This document shows, in pieces, positions 9,705 through 18,710 of a stretch of DNA of 32,000 bases. Position numbers and translations under genes: made by a program. The notes beneath the pieces were generated by a model. That model saw only the letters and a list, made by a program, of their open reading frames with translations. It was not told where the DNA came from and did not search any database. The stretch covers positions 36,286 through 68,285 of the forward strand of contig JAITRB010000007.1 of assembly GCA_031288595.1 (NCBI GenBank). Direction: 5' to 3'. Source of the stretch: Puniceicoccales bacterium (GTDB taxonomy: Bacteria > Verrucomicrobiota > Verrucomicrobiia > Opitutales > JAIRLG01). The stretch's first letter is position 1, and each line of letters begins with the position of its first letter.

Positions 9705-11345
9705 ATGGGAGATATTACGAACGGCCAAGCGGGCGAGGAAGAGGAGGCGAAGGAAGCGCTGTCGGACTTTCAGAAGAGCCTCGAGGCGATTCAGTTCGCT
9801 CCCGAGTGGACACAGCGGCCGGAACGCCGAGCATATCGTGCCTCCGAGCCCACCGGCGACCCTCGGAGCCATCGGCCAAAAAGTTCTTTCTCTTCACCAA
9901 AGGACCGACGTCCCCACTTCGAACGGCACAGTGGGAGCGAGAGGACGCGTCCTCCTTACGACCGGAGGGAGAGGAATCCGGGCTACCGCGGAGAATTCAG
10001 AAGCACTGAGACAAAGCCCCGAGAGCTCTTTGAGCCCATCATCGATGCGGCCTTTTATCCGGAGGACAAGGCAGTGGAATTACTCGTCTCGACGCTTCGC
10101 AGTTCGGGCAAGACCTATGAATTATTTCATCTCACCCAGCTGATCCTGGAAAAGCCGGAGCGCTTCGTCGTGGTCATACGGCGCCGACCGGAGAGCCATG
10201 GGGAGATCCTGCCGCTCTACCTCTCGCTCCTCGATAACCTCCCCTTCGAGAGCGAGAGGGAAACGCTGAACTATATCCTACAGCAGCATCTGGACGAGTT
10301 CTTCTCCATCGAAGAGCTGGATATCGAGCCGCCGAAAGGAAAATTCTCCTGTGTGCACCGCTGCGGACTCACGAAGAAACTGCTCGCAGCGCCCAATGAC
10401 CACCGCTACAAGGAGATTCTCCGCGAGCATTTTCAGAACGAGATCCGTGACCTGAGCTACGAAAATTTCTGCTCCCGCATCGAGACAACGCAGGAGAAGG
10501 CCGACATTCAAGCCTGGATCGAACAGATGTCGCACCGCAAGGTCTATATACCGAGGGAATTGCCCGAGGGGGTAGTGGAGCCCGTGCGACTGGAGTCTCT
10601 GAACGACGTCCGGCAGTACTGTCTGGACCACTTTCGCGAGCGCCTGATCCGCTCCTCCTCCAGTTTGCGGATTTCGGGATCGGCCCTGGCGCACCTTCCC
10701 CTGCGGCGGATTCGGCGTTCCATCGAGCTCCTCTGGCAACAGCAGCGGCGCTTCCCTTGGGAAACCGCCCATAACCTGTGGGGATGCTTGCGTCGGGCGC
10801 ATTGCTGGCTCTACCGAAAAAAGGTCGGCGATAAGCTCATCACGTTCGCCTGCGCCGTGAAGCGCAAGATTCGGACCGGTAAGGAGGTATTCGAGCCGGA
10901 AATCCGATCGGTGCTCACCTGGCTCGAGGCCCATCCTATGTCCACGCGTCAGGAATTGGCGGCGGAAGGGATGCCTCAGGCGGTTCAGGAGCTCACCTGG
11001 TTGATCCAGGCCGGTTTCGTGACGGAGTTCGAGGATGGCCGGCTATTCCTGCCGAAGGTCATGGCCGAGCCTGTCCGGAAGGCGGCTTCGGAGGAGAACA
11101 GCGGGATCTCTAGCCCTCAGGAAAGCGAACTGGGGGAAATTTTGGACGAGGGCCTATCGGCGGAGGGAGACGAGAGCATTGCGGCCCCTGAGCCTGTATC
11201 GCCTGAGCCAACTCAGGGGATCTCGCTTGAGCCAACGGCCCTTGCGGAGCTGCCACCGAAGGAACTCAGCGTGCCGGAGGAGCTCCCGACAGCGCTCGCC
11301 CTGCCCATGGAATCCATCGAGTCGGAGGAAGAGAAGGGAAGCTGA
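9705..11345 (+). CDS. Hypothetical protein (546 aa from ATG 9705): basic disordered N-terminus, acidic C-terminus
   Basis: The long open frame begins at TTG 9630, but ATG 9705 has GGAAGG 7 nt upstream. The N-terminal ~120 aa are Arg/Pro/Ser-rich (RPERRAYRASEPTGDPRSHRPKSSFSSPKDRRPHFERHSGSERTRPPYDRRERNPGYRGEFR). A central ~330-aa globular region follows, then a Glu/Pro/Ser-rich tail. I recognise no family. Confidence 0.6.
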   Translation: MGDITNGQAGEEEEAKEALSDFQKSLEAIQFAPEWTQRPERRAYRASEPTGDPRSHRPKSSFSSPKDRRPHFERHSGSERTRPPYDRRERNPGYRGEFRSTETKPRELFEPIIDAAFYPEDKAVELLVSTLRSSGKTYELFHLTQLILEKPERFVVVIRRRPESHGEILPLYLSLLDNLPFESERETLNYILQQHLDEFFSIEELDIEPPKGKFSCVHRCGLTKKLLAAPNDHRYKEILREHFQNEIRDLSYENFCSRIETTQEKADIQAWIEQMSHRKVYIPRELPEGVVEPVRLESLNDVRQYCLDHFRERLIRSSSSLRISGSALAHLPLRRIRRSIELLWQQQRRFPWETAHNLWGCLRRAHCWLYRKKVGDKLITFACAVKRKIRTGKEVFEPEIRSVLTWLEAHPMSTRQELAAEGMPQAVQELTWLIQAGFVTEFEDGRLFLPKVMAEPVRKAASEENSGISSPQESELGEILDEGLSAEGDESIAAPEPVSPEPTQGISLEPTALAELPPKELSVPEELPTALALPMESIESEEEKGS

Positions 11346-11363
11346 TTCCCTATCCTGTTTTCC

Positions 11364-12518
11364 ATGGAAGCGGGGATTCCCTATGATCGTCACCATCCCT
11401 TTGAAGCGACCCTGCTGTCCCGTCGTTCCCTCTGCCGCGGCGAAACGGAGCGGGAAGCCTATCACCTAGTTATCGATATCCGTAGGAGCCAGTGGCACTA
11501 CAGCTGCGGCGATTCCTTGGCCATTTTGCCCCAAAATGATCCCAGGTGCGTGTCTGACCTCTTGCAAAGGCTCTGTCTGGAGCCATTGACCCTCATCACA
11601 CTGCCGTCTTCCGGTGTTCCAAAGCCCCTGCGCTTGGTACTGGAGGAAGAGCTCTGCCTCAACCATCTCCCGAAGTCTTTCTGGGAATTTCTGCGCCGGA
11701 GGGTGGCAAAGGATGGCGAGCTTTACCGGAAAATCCCTGTTGGCGAGAGCGAGGGATGGGAGAATTTTCTCAAGAATCACACGTTGGCGAAGGCGCTGGA
11801 ACTGTTTCCCGATTTTCGCTGCACGGCCCAGGAGCTAGTCGAGCATCTGCGCCCCATGCTCCCACGCCTCTACTCCATCGCCTCCGCACCGACCCTCTTC
11901 CCCGAAGAGGTTCATCTGGCCATCGTGATGGTGAAGTACGAGGACATTTACGGAGAAAAGCGCCACGGCGTCGCCACTCGCTACCTCTCACCGGAAGGGA
12001 TACCGGTCGGCGGGCGCTGCCGCTGCTTTCTCGTGCGTTCCCATTTCCGCCTTCCGGAGGACATTCGGCGTGACATGATCCTGGTCGGCCCGGGCACCGG
12101 CGTCGCACCTTTTCGCGGTTTCATCTGGGAATACGCCGCCCAGCGGGAAGCTGGGAAGGAAACAGGCCGGACCTGGCTCTTCTTTGGCAGCCTCCGAAGG
12201 CATTCCCATTTCTATTACCAGGAAGAATGGGAGGAGCTGATGGCCCGAGGGGTTCTCACCCATTTGGACTGCGCCTTTTCCCGCGACCAGGCAGAGAAAA
12301 TCTATGTCCAACATCGGCTGCTGGAGCACGGGCCGGAACTGGCCCGATGGATTTTGGGAGGAGCTCATTTCTACATCTGTGGCGACGCAAGTCACATGGC
12401 CAAGGATGTCGAGGCTGCCCTGCTCCAAATCCTGTCGGTCCATGCTCATCTGTCGGATCCCGGAGATTATTTGCGGACGATGCGCCGCGAGAAGCGTTAC
12501 CAGAAGGACGTCTATTGA
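11364..12518 (+). CDS. CysJ / cytochrome-P450-reductase-type FAD/NADPH-binding reductase module (no flavodoxin domain)
   Basis: RLYSIASAP (the RxYS FAD motif), GVATRYL, LVGPGTGVAPFRGF (NADPH site), YICGDASHMAKDVEAAL, and the family-typical C-terminus RYQKDVY. At 384 aa it covers only the FNR-like half of CysJ. Confidence 0.85.
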   Translation: MEAGIPYDRHHPFEATLLSRRSLCRGETEREAYHLVIDIRRSQWHYSCGDSLAILPQNDPRCVSDLLQRLCLEPLTLITLPSSGVPKPLRLVLEEELCLNHLPKSFWEFLRRRVAKDGELYRKIPVGESEGWENFLKNHTLAKALELFPDFRCTAQELVEHLRPMLPRLYSIASAPTLFPEEVHLAIVMVKYEDIYGEKRHGVATRYLSPEGIPVGGRCRCFLVRSHFRLPEDIRRDMILVGPGTGVAPFRGFIWEYAAQREAGKETGRTWLFFGSLRRHSHFYYQEEWEELMARGVLTHLDCAFSRDQAEKIYVQHRLLEHGPELARWILGGAHFYICGDASHMAKDVEAALLQILSVHAHLSDPGDYLRTMRREKRYQKDVY

Positions 12519-12585
12519 GCAGCCCAGGGAAGTCCTTGTTTCCCGAGTGATGGGGCGAGGGGAACTGCGGGAGAAAGGGTGTGTG

Positions 12586-12699
12586 CCTGGCTTTGCCGCC
12601 TTGGTGACGGAGAGGGAGAGGAAAGCTTGCCTCTCCCTCTCCGTCGCGGCCCGCGGAGCGGGCCGTGGGCCCTGCGGGCCCCCAAGGCGGCAAAGCAGG
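12586..12699. repeat. Four-way-junction intergenic element, copy F (114 nt)
   Basis: Closing stem GCTTTGCCGCCTTGG (12590-12604) pairs with CCAAGGCGGCAAAGC (12682-12696) and extends to 12586/12699 with one bulge. Hairpins are GACGGAGAGGGAGAGG-aaagcttg-CCTCTCCCTCTCCGTC (12606-12645), CGGCCCGC-gga-GCGGGCCG (12647-12665) and GGGCCC-tgc-GGGCCC (12667-12681). It lies between the convergent cysJ-like and thyX genes. Confidence 0.8.
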
Positions 12700-12735
12700 G
12701 ACTGATCTGGGAGCTTTTAAGCCCCTGGGGCGTGC

Positions 12736-13497
12736 TTATTCGCCGTCGGGCTTTTCGGTTTTGGGAGGCTGGAACGGCGGCTTTCGGCCGCAGCTGAAGG
12801 CGGGGGATTCGAAGCAAACTCCCCATTGTTCGCAGGAGGGGCCGGCGTGGCTGAAAAGAGTAGGAGAGATATTTTGGACCCATTGCCCCATGCGCCGGGC
12901 CAGGGCACGGATTTCCCACTGGGCACGGCTACAGCAGCGGAGCTGAAGAAAGTGGAGCAGCGAGCGCGCATTGAAGGTGGCGACCAGCTTCGTCTCGGCG
13001 GCGTTGGGCAGGACAAAACGGGCATCCTCGTTTGCCGATTCCCTTTTGCATCCGCTTTTCTGCATCCGCTCGCGCAGGCGTGCATAGGTCTCGCCGGCTT
13101 GGCGCATGAAGGCCTCATAGAGCCTTTTGGCCTCTTCATCTCGGGCGATGGAGGGGGGGAGGATGTAGTCCAATTCCTCCCCTTCGGCGCAATAGCGCTG
13201 GCTCTGCTGAGAATAGGAGGCTATCCGGTGGCGGATGAGTTGGTGCGAACAGGCCCGGGAGATCCCCTCGATGGCGAAGGTGAAACTGACATGTTCCAGC
13301 GGCGAGGCATGCCCCATCATCAGGACGTTCTGCAAAAAATGCTCCCGCTCTTCGGCGGAGATCTTTCCGGCTCTCCGCGGCTGCACGACTGTGTCCATCA
13401 CGAAGCCGGAGCTGTAGCACTGCCGAAAAGCGGCGAAGACGATGTCCTCGGCGTCAGGGGTATGGGCCAGCAATTCCACGTGCAGGATTTTCCGCAT
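12736..13497 (-). CDS. thyX: FAD-dependent thymidylate synthase ThyX
   Basis: HASPLEHVSFTFAIEGISRACSHQLIRHRIASYSQQSQRY contains the ThyX signature RHRxxSxxxxSxRY. FLQLRCCSRAQWEIRALARRM is also family-typical. Confidence 0.95.
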   Translation of the reverse strand: MRKILHVELLAHTPDAEDIVFAAFRQCYSSGFVMDTVVQPRRAGKISAEEREHFLQNVLMMGHASPLEHVSFTFAIEGISRACSHQLIRHRIASYSQQSQRYCAEGEELDYILPPSIARDEEAKRLYEAFMRQAGETYARLRERMQKSGCKRESANEDARFVLPNAAETKLVATFNARSLLHFLQLRCCSRAQWEIRALARRMGQWVQNISPTLFSHAGPSCEQWGVCFESPAFSCGRKPPFQPPKTEKPDGE

Positions 13498-13593
13498 GGG
13501 CAGGTCATCTTTAGGTTCCGCTGCTCCTTGGCAAGCAGGGCTTCTTCTCTGATCCCAGAAAGGCGAAAGGAGTTTTGATTTTCGGAATTCCCC

Positions 13594-14496
13594 TCAGCGC
13601 GTCGCTTGCTGATCTTCCTTCGCCTCTTTGCCTTTTTCCCCCTTGTCCCCTCGTCCTCTTTTAGGACTCAGGCTTTGGCCGATGCTGAAGACACGCGCGG
13701 TCTCGATGCCATCCGCCTCCACGCGTCGCAGCGTGACCCGGGACTCCGGGAGATCGATGTCCGAGAGGATGTAGAGTACATTGTTGATGCTGACCGAGTC
13801 CCCGACGTTCTTGAGCACATGCGTATCGCCGGATTTCAGGGAACGGAAGACAATGGTGTGGACATTGTCGTAGAACTTCCGCTCCCGCCCCAGATCGATG
13901 TACTGTTCGGTCTCCAAATCGTAGATGGTCACGACGGGCTCCTGGAGCTTGACCCCTTCTTCCGTCTCGATGGCGATGAGCTTGAAATCCGAAACCGATA
14001 TTTTGGAACTGGGAATGGCGTGTCCCAGGGTGCAGCGAAAGGTATGCTTCTGCTGCAGATCGTTCAGCATGATGATGTAGTCCTTGTAGGAGGCCTTGGC
14101 CTTCGGCCGCTCCAGCACATAGCCCTCGAACTGGATACGGTAGGGCGTTCTCTGGAAGGAAATCAGCTCCAGCTCGAACTCCAGCGGATCGGAGACATAT
14201 TCCGGAAGTTCGGCCGACAGGGTCTTGCCGATAGAGGTGATCTGCGGTGGGGTGAAGAGGTCGAAGAGCCAGGTGGGGCCTAGGGGAAGGGCCTCTGGAT
14301 TCCTCCATTTCAGATAAGGCGGCAAACGGTAGTTTAGGATCTCTTCCTTCGGCGCGGGATATTGGTGGTAATCCCCCCCTTCCAGCGAGGGGAGAACAGG
14401 TTTCGTGTCCTGGTAATTCAGGAGAAGGTAGGCCTTGATACCTCCCAGAGTTCCCAGAGCGAGGAGTACCCACATCAGCTGTTTCCGAAACGTCAT
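13594..14496 (-). CDS. Membrane-anchored hypothetical protein, third gene of the PilM/N-like cluster (PilP position)
   Basis: N-terminal TM anchor MWVLLALGTLGGIKAYLLL, the motif WLFDLFTPPQI, a beta-rich body and a Lys/Gly/Glu-rich tail. The start is 13 nt after the preceding gene's stop. The alternative-frame 270-aa ORF (13661-14473) is Arg/Gly/Pro junk. Confidence 0.6.
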   Translation of the reverse strand: MTFRKQLMWVLLALGTLGGIKAYLLLNYQDTKPVLPSLEGGDYHQYPAPKEEILNYRLPPYLKWRNPEALPLGPTWLFDLFTPPQITSIGKTLSAELPEYVSDPLEFELELISFQRTPYRIQFEGYVLERPKAKASYKDYIIMLNDLQQKHTFRCTLGHAIPSSKISVSDFKLIAIETEEGVKLQEPVVTIYDLETEQYIDLGRERKFYDNVHTIVFRSLKSGDTHVLKNVGDSVSINNVLYILSDIDLPESRVTLRRVEADGIETARVFSIGQSLSPKRGRGDKGEKGKEAKEDQQATR

Positions 14497-14509
14497 GATC
14501 GATCCGAAA

Positions 14510-15385
14510 TTACATGAGTATATTTCCGGCCTGTTCGTTGAAGCCGAGCCACTCCAGGGTTAAAGTGATCCGCGAATAGCCCGAGGCCACCACGATCTTG
14601 GCGTTGTCCTTCGGGGCCAGCCGTTCCGCCGGTTTGATGGATAAGCCGCGCAGCACGAAGGGCAGCTGTTCCTTCCGCATATGGTTGATGAAGTTGCGCA
14701 GCGTCTTGCTGTAGTCCTCGAAGACGATCTGCACGCACACCGAACTCACCTTCCCCTTTGAGGAGGACAGCCGGTGGAAGCTGCTCATTGGGAAAGTATC
14801 TCCCTCGCCCTTGTTCTTGCTGTCGGAAGACAGGGCCTCGCGTTTGACCGAGATCAGGTTCATGCCGCCATCTTGGGAGGAGAAGAGCAGGCCTAATACT
14901 TTCTCCATCACGAAGGTCTGCTCCCAGAGGTCTTTCAGCGCTGTTTTGGGAGGGCTGGTATTTTTTTTGACGAAGCTCGAAAAACCGAAACTGATCTCCG
15001 TGGGATAGCGTACCCCCAGGAGGCCGGCCTGTTCTCGCATGCGCTGCTCGAAGGCCGCGACGGCGAAGAAGAAGTCGACGGTGTTTTTGGGAATCTGCTG
15101 CTCGGAGCCCAGCGTCGAGTGATCGTAATAATCCTCTAGCAGTCCATAGACCAGGAGCGCGTAGGCGTTGGCATCGCTCCGCGCCTGCATCAATGTGCGG
15201 CGACTGATGGGGGGATCCTGCGCGAGCAACTGGGACTTAAACTGCTGCAGCTCCGCTATGAGCCCTTGCAGGGTCACTTTCAGGGATTGTTCCGCGGTGA
15301 TCTGTTGCCAGAGAGAGACGACGGCTGACGCGAAGAGGAGCGTGGCTCCTAGAAAGAAACCGTGCCGTCGGAAGAATTTCATCAC
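14510..15385 (-). CDS. Membrane-anchored PilO/GspM-like protein (architecture reminiscent of the Akkermansia Amuc_1100 type)
   Basis: N-terminal TM FFLGATLLFASAVVSLW, then a coiled-coil segment (LKVTLQGLIAELQQFKSQLL), then an alpha/beta C-terminal domain ending RITLTLEWLGF. Its ATG overlaps the upstream gene's stop (ATGA at 15382-15385). The family call is by architecture only. Confidence 0.5.
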   Translation of the reverse strand: MMKFFRRHGFFLGATLLFASAVVSLWQQITAEQSLKVTLQGLIAELQQFKSQLLAQDPPISRRTLMQARSDANAYALLVYGLLEDYYDHSTLGSEQQIPKNTVDFFFAVAAFEQRMREQAGLLGVRYPTEISFGFSSFVKKNTSPPKTALKDLWEQTFVMEKVLGLLFSSQDGGMNLISVKREALSSDSKNKGEGDTFPMSSFHRLSSSKGKVSSVCVQIVFEDYSKTLRNFINHMRKEQLPFVLRGLSIKPAERLAPKDNAKIVVASGYSRITLTLEWLGFNEQAGNILM

Positions 15386-17001
15386 AGGGCAAGAGGGGTT
15401 TCTTTGCGGAGCAGAAGGTCAAAACTGAAGGCGACGGTGTGCTCGTCCTTCACGAAGAGTTGGATATTCTGTAGCTCTTTCACGAAGGGAACTTGCTGCA
15501 TGTTCTGCAGAAACTGAGCCATCTGTCGCTCAGTATGCGCTTGTCCCAGTGCTTCGGTCGTCAGCATACTTCCCCTCATCGTTATCTGGGGCGATGCGGC
15601 CTCCAGCTTCCAGTCCCATTCATCGAACCACAGGGTCTGGGCCTTAGCCGTCTGCTCCTGAAGGCTGTTGAAGAATTTCAACCAGGCATCCTGGTGGTCC
15701 ACCAGCGAGCGAATGCGGTCGGCATCCTTCCGCCTCGTCGTGATCTGTTCCTTGGCGGCGGCTATCCCTTTTTCGATCTGCACGGCTTCCCGTTGAAAGG
15801 CTTTCAGTATGACGATCTCGTGCCTGGCCGATTTGTTTTCTGTCTGCAGCAGGGACATCTCTCCGAAGAGAAGGATCGAGGCGATGAGTACAGAGGCCAG
15901 AATCCACGCTTTGCAGCGCGTGAAGTAGTAGTCCGCCTTCCAGGATGCAGGGATCATGTCCATGAAAAACGCAGAGCCCTTGCGGCGATTCCTGGTGCTG
16001 GTCATGCCGTAGGCCGCGATCAAAGAGGGCTCGAGAACGGCTTTCATTTCCTTCGGGCCCCGTCTTTCGTAGCTGAACCTAAAGTGCTCGGATGCGGGGA
16101 TGACGCTCTTGCCTGCATCCGCCAATACCTTTCCCACGAAGGCGTAGGCCGACGAGTGATAGGCCCCGAGAACGGCCTGGTGATACTCCTTCCCGGACGC
16201 TTCTCGATACAGGGCGAGTTCGGCCTGTTTGAACTTTGCATGCAACTGCTGCCGCGCCTGGGCGCCACAGGCACCGGCGGCGGTGGTCGGATCGGCAGCC
16301 AGTATCTCCTGCACGACCCGCGTATCGTCCGATATTCCCTCCCCAAGGGCAGGGATGATTTCCCTAAAACTCTTCAATAGACCCAGATGCTCGTGGGGAA
16401 TGGTGCTCATCCTCGTCTTTTTTCCCTCCTGGAAGCAGAGAGTGATGACATGCGCTCCGACGTAGACGAAAAGCGTCGGGTCTTTGCAGCTCGCCTGCTC
16501 GAAGCGCAGCAGGGCCAGGAGACTATCGACAAAGACGTGCCGGACGGAGACATAGCGCTTGGCCAAGATTTCCAGCCATTTCTCCAGAAAATCCCGCTTG
16601 AGGGCGAAGCAGGGGAGGTCCTTTTCCTTGCCGAAAGCGCTGATGAAGCCCGTGATCCATTTCTCGCTTGCACCTTCGGCCTCGCGCATCGACCGCTGGA
16701 ACTCGAAGTCGATGGCCTGTCGGTAATGTGGCTTTGAGATGGCGGGTATATCCAGCTGCCTGAAGGCCACAGCTTCGCTGGGCACGATGACGGAATGGAT
16801 CTTCTGTCGCACGTGAAGGGGGAGTTTTTTGATCCAAGCGTCAAAGGCCCTGAGCCACTCCTCTTCGCCGTGAGTCCTGAGCTCTTGACCCCAAATGCGC
16901 GCTATGCGCCATGTGCCCAGTCTCTTTATCCAGCGCACGATGGCGAAGCACGACGCATTCCCCAGTAGGATAAACTTCTCCCTGCTCAACCCAAACCCCA
17001 T
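15382..17001 (-). CDS. PilM-PilN fusion-like protein (actin-like ATPase fold + TM + coiled coil; GspL-like layout)
   Basis: The N-terminal ~340 aa carry PilM-like strings: SVIVPSEAVAFRQLDIPAISKPHYRQAIDFEFQRSM and TLFVYVGAHVITLCF. One TM helix follows (AWILASVLIASILLFGEMSLL), then a coiled-coil/alpha-beta C-terminal part as in PilN (QREAVQIEKGIAAAKEQI...WLKFFNSLQE...VAFSFDLLL). No HMM search was run. Confidence 0.55.
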   Translation of the reverse strand: MGFGLSREKFILLGNASCFAIVRWIKRLGTWRIARIWGQELRTHGEEEWLRAFDAWIKKLPLHVRQKIHSVIVPSEAVAFRQLDIPAISKPHYRQAIDFEFQRSMREAEGASEKWITGFISAFGKEKDLPCFALKRDFLEKWLEILAKRYVSVRHVFVDSLLALLRFEQASCKDPTLFVYVGAHVITLCFQEGKKTRMSTIPHEHLGLLKSFREIIPALGEGISDDTRVVQEILAADPTTAAGACGAQARQQLHAKFKQAELALYREASGKEYHQAVLGAYHSSAYAFVGKVLADAGKSVIPASEHFRFSYERRGPKEMKAVLEPSLIAAYGMTSTRNRRKGSAFFMDMIPASWKADYYFTRCKAWILASVLIASILLFGEMSLLQTENKSARHEIVILKAFQREAVQIEKGIAAAKEQITTRRKDADRIRSLVDHQDAWLKFFNSLQEQTAKAQTLWFDEWDWKLEAASPQITMRGSMLTTEALGQAHTERQMAQFLQNMQQVPFVKELQNIQLFVKDEHTVAFSFDLLLRKETPLAL

Positions 17002-17257
17002 CTCTGGAACGAGCGTATGCGTTTTCTCTGCGGCGTCAATCGTTCCTCTTTTCGTCCCTGCTTTTTTCTCAAGCCCCAGGCTCCATGATCGGCGCTCCTC
17101 TCCGGATTTTCGTTCGGGGAAAAATGCTTTATTGGAAAAAACTCCTCGGCGAAGGAGGGCTGCCCCGTCGATCTGCTCGGCGATTCCGATTCAGTGCCCC
17201 CAGTATTTTCCCTTTGTGTAGGGAGGAATTTTTCTCCATCTAGGGAGGGTGCAAGGG

Positions 17258-18484
17258 ATGGAAGAGCCTATCGTCATCACCGGAGTCGGTCTCACGGCGC
17301 CCAACGGCAATACTCTGGAAGAGTTTCGGCGCAATTTACTGGCGGGATTCAGTCGGATACAGTGGCTGGAGGTGCGCCATATGGGTCGGGTGCCGGCCGG
17401 AGTCTGCGACTTCGATGTCTTGCGCTACCAGGGCCAAAAGGAGATCAAGAACGGTACCCGTGCGGGCAGCATCGCTCTCTACTGTGCCCATGAGGCTCTG
17501 CAGGATGCCGGCATCCTGCTTTCGGAGCGTGATCTCTCCCGAATCGGGATCTACATCGGCATCACGGAGCATGGGACGGTCGAGACGGAGAATGAGATCC
17601 ATGCGCTATCGCTCTTCCACTACGACGTCCGCTACTGGTCGCACCACCACAACCCACGGACGATCGCCAACAATCCGGCCGGAGAGGTCAGCATCCAGCT
17701 CGGCATCACGGGGCCGCACTATACCCTGGGGGCCGCCTGTGCGGCCGGCAACATCGGGATCATCCAGGCGGTACAGATGCTGCGCCTCGGGGAGGTCGAC
17801 CTCGCCCTGGCCGGTGGGGTCAGCGAGAGCATCCGCTCCTTCGGCATCTTCGCGGGCTTTAGGAGCCAGGGGGCGCTCGGCCATGGAGAGGATCCCAATA
17901 CTGTCAGCAGGCCCTTCGACCTTGGGCGAAATGGGATCGTCATCAGCGAAGGGGGATGCCTCTACACGCTGGAGCGGCTCTCCGATGCCCGGAAGCGGAG
18001 GGCGAAGATCTATGGGGAAATTGCCGGCTACGCCATCAATTCCGATGCCGCCCATGCGGTGCTGCCCAATCCCCAGCGCCAGGCGGAGTGCGTGCGTCTG
18101 GCTCTGCGGCGAGCCCGACTGAACCCCCAGGACATCGATATCCTCAACACCCATGCGACCTCCACCATCCAGGGAGATCGGCAGGAGTGCCTCGCCGTGC
18201 GGGAAGTCTTCAGCTCCTGTCCGAAGACCTTTATCAACAACACTAAGAGCTTCATCGGCCATGCGATGGGGGCCGCCGGTGCGCTCGAGTTGGCCGGCAA
18301 TCTACCGGCTTTTGAGGACCGTCAGGTCCATGCGACGATCCACATCGAGCACCTGGATCCCCAGTGCGAGTTGCCGAATCTCGTCTGCAACGAAGTGCGT
18401 TCTGTCCCCGAAGTCCGCACCATCCTTAACACCTCCTTCGGCATGCTGGGGATCAATTCCGTCGTGATCGTCCGGAAGCTCTGA
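17258..18484 (+). CDS. fabF: Beta-ketoacyl-ACP synthase II family
   Basis: IVITGVGLTAPNG, active-site Cys context GPHYTLGAACAAGNIGI, His motifs NTHATSTIQGD and IGHAMGAAGALE, and C-terminal NTSFGMLGINSVVIV. GGAGGG lies 8-9 nt upstream of ATG 17258; the track ORF starts at GTG 17249. Confidence 0.9.
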   Translation: MEEPIVITGVGLTAPNGNTLEEFRRNLLAGFSRIQWLEVRHMGRVPAGVCDFDVLRYQGQKEIKNGTRAGSIALYCAHEALQDAGILLSERDLSRIGIYIGITEHGTVETENEIHALSLFHYDVRYWSHHHNPRTIANNPAGEVSIQLGITGPHYTLGAACAAGNIGIIQAVQMLRLGEVDLALAGGVSESIRSFGIFAGFRSQGALGHGEDPNTVSRPFDLGRNGIVISEGGCLYTLERLSDARKRRAKIYGEIAGYAINSDAAHAVLPNPQRQAECVRLALRRARLNPQDIDILNTHATSTIQGDRQECLAVREVFSSCPKTFINNTKSFIGHAMGAAGALELAGNLPAFEDRQVHATIHIEHLDPQCELPNLVCNEVRSVPEVRTILNTSFGMLGINSVVIVRKL

Positions 18485-18514
18485 GGGGAGAAAGGCTTGG
18501 GATCTTTAGGAGGA

Positions 18515-18618
18515 GCAATGGCCGCTTTCGGAGAAAGCTCGGCGCTTCGGCCCGAAGGGCCGGAGCGCCGTGTCTTGACTGGGCCGGCTCCGCCGGCCCA
18601 GTCAAGACAGGCCATTGC
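18515..18618. repeat. Four-way-junction intergenic element, copy B (104 nt)
   Basis: Closing stem GCAATGGCC (18515-18523) pairs with GGCCATTGC (18610-18618). Hairpins are GCTTTC-gga-GAAAGC (18524-18538), CGGCGCTTCGGCCC-gaa-GGGCCGGAGCGCCG (18540-18570, 14 bp with one T.G) and TGTCTTGACTGGGCCGG-ctccg-CCGGCCCAGTCAAGACA (18571-18609, 17 bp). It lies between fabF and accB. Confidence 0.8.
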
Positions 18619-18710
18619 GCCTTACCCATTGCACCCTAGCAGGGCCTATGCTCTCTCTCCGCCATCTTTGGCCTTGCCTCCCCGAGAACTCTCCCGTAAA
18701 TAAGGAAAAC

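Noticed and set aside
18497-18703. Two small ORFs (18497-18703 and 21869-22096) share the peptide GGAMAAFGES, which looked at first like a conserved small protein
   Set aside because: The shared peptide is just the translation of the shared closing stem plus first hairpin of repeat copies B and C (GCAATGGCCGCTTTCGGAGAAAGC). The rest of each ORF is unrelated and palindrome-derived.
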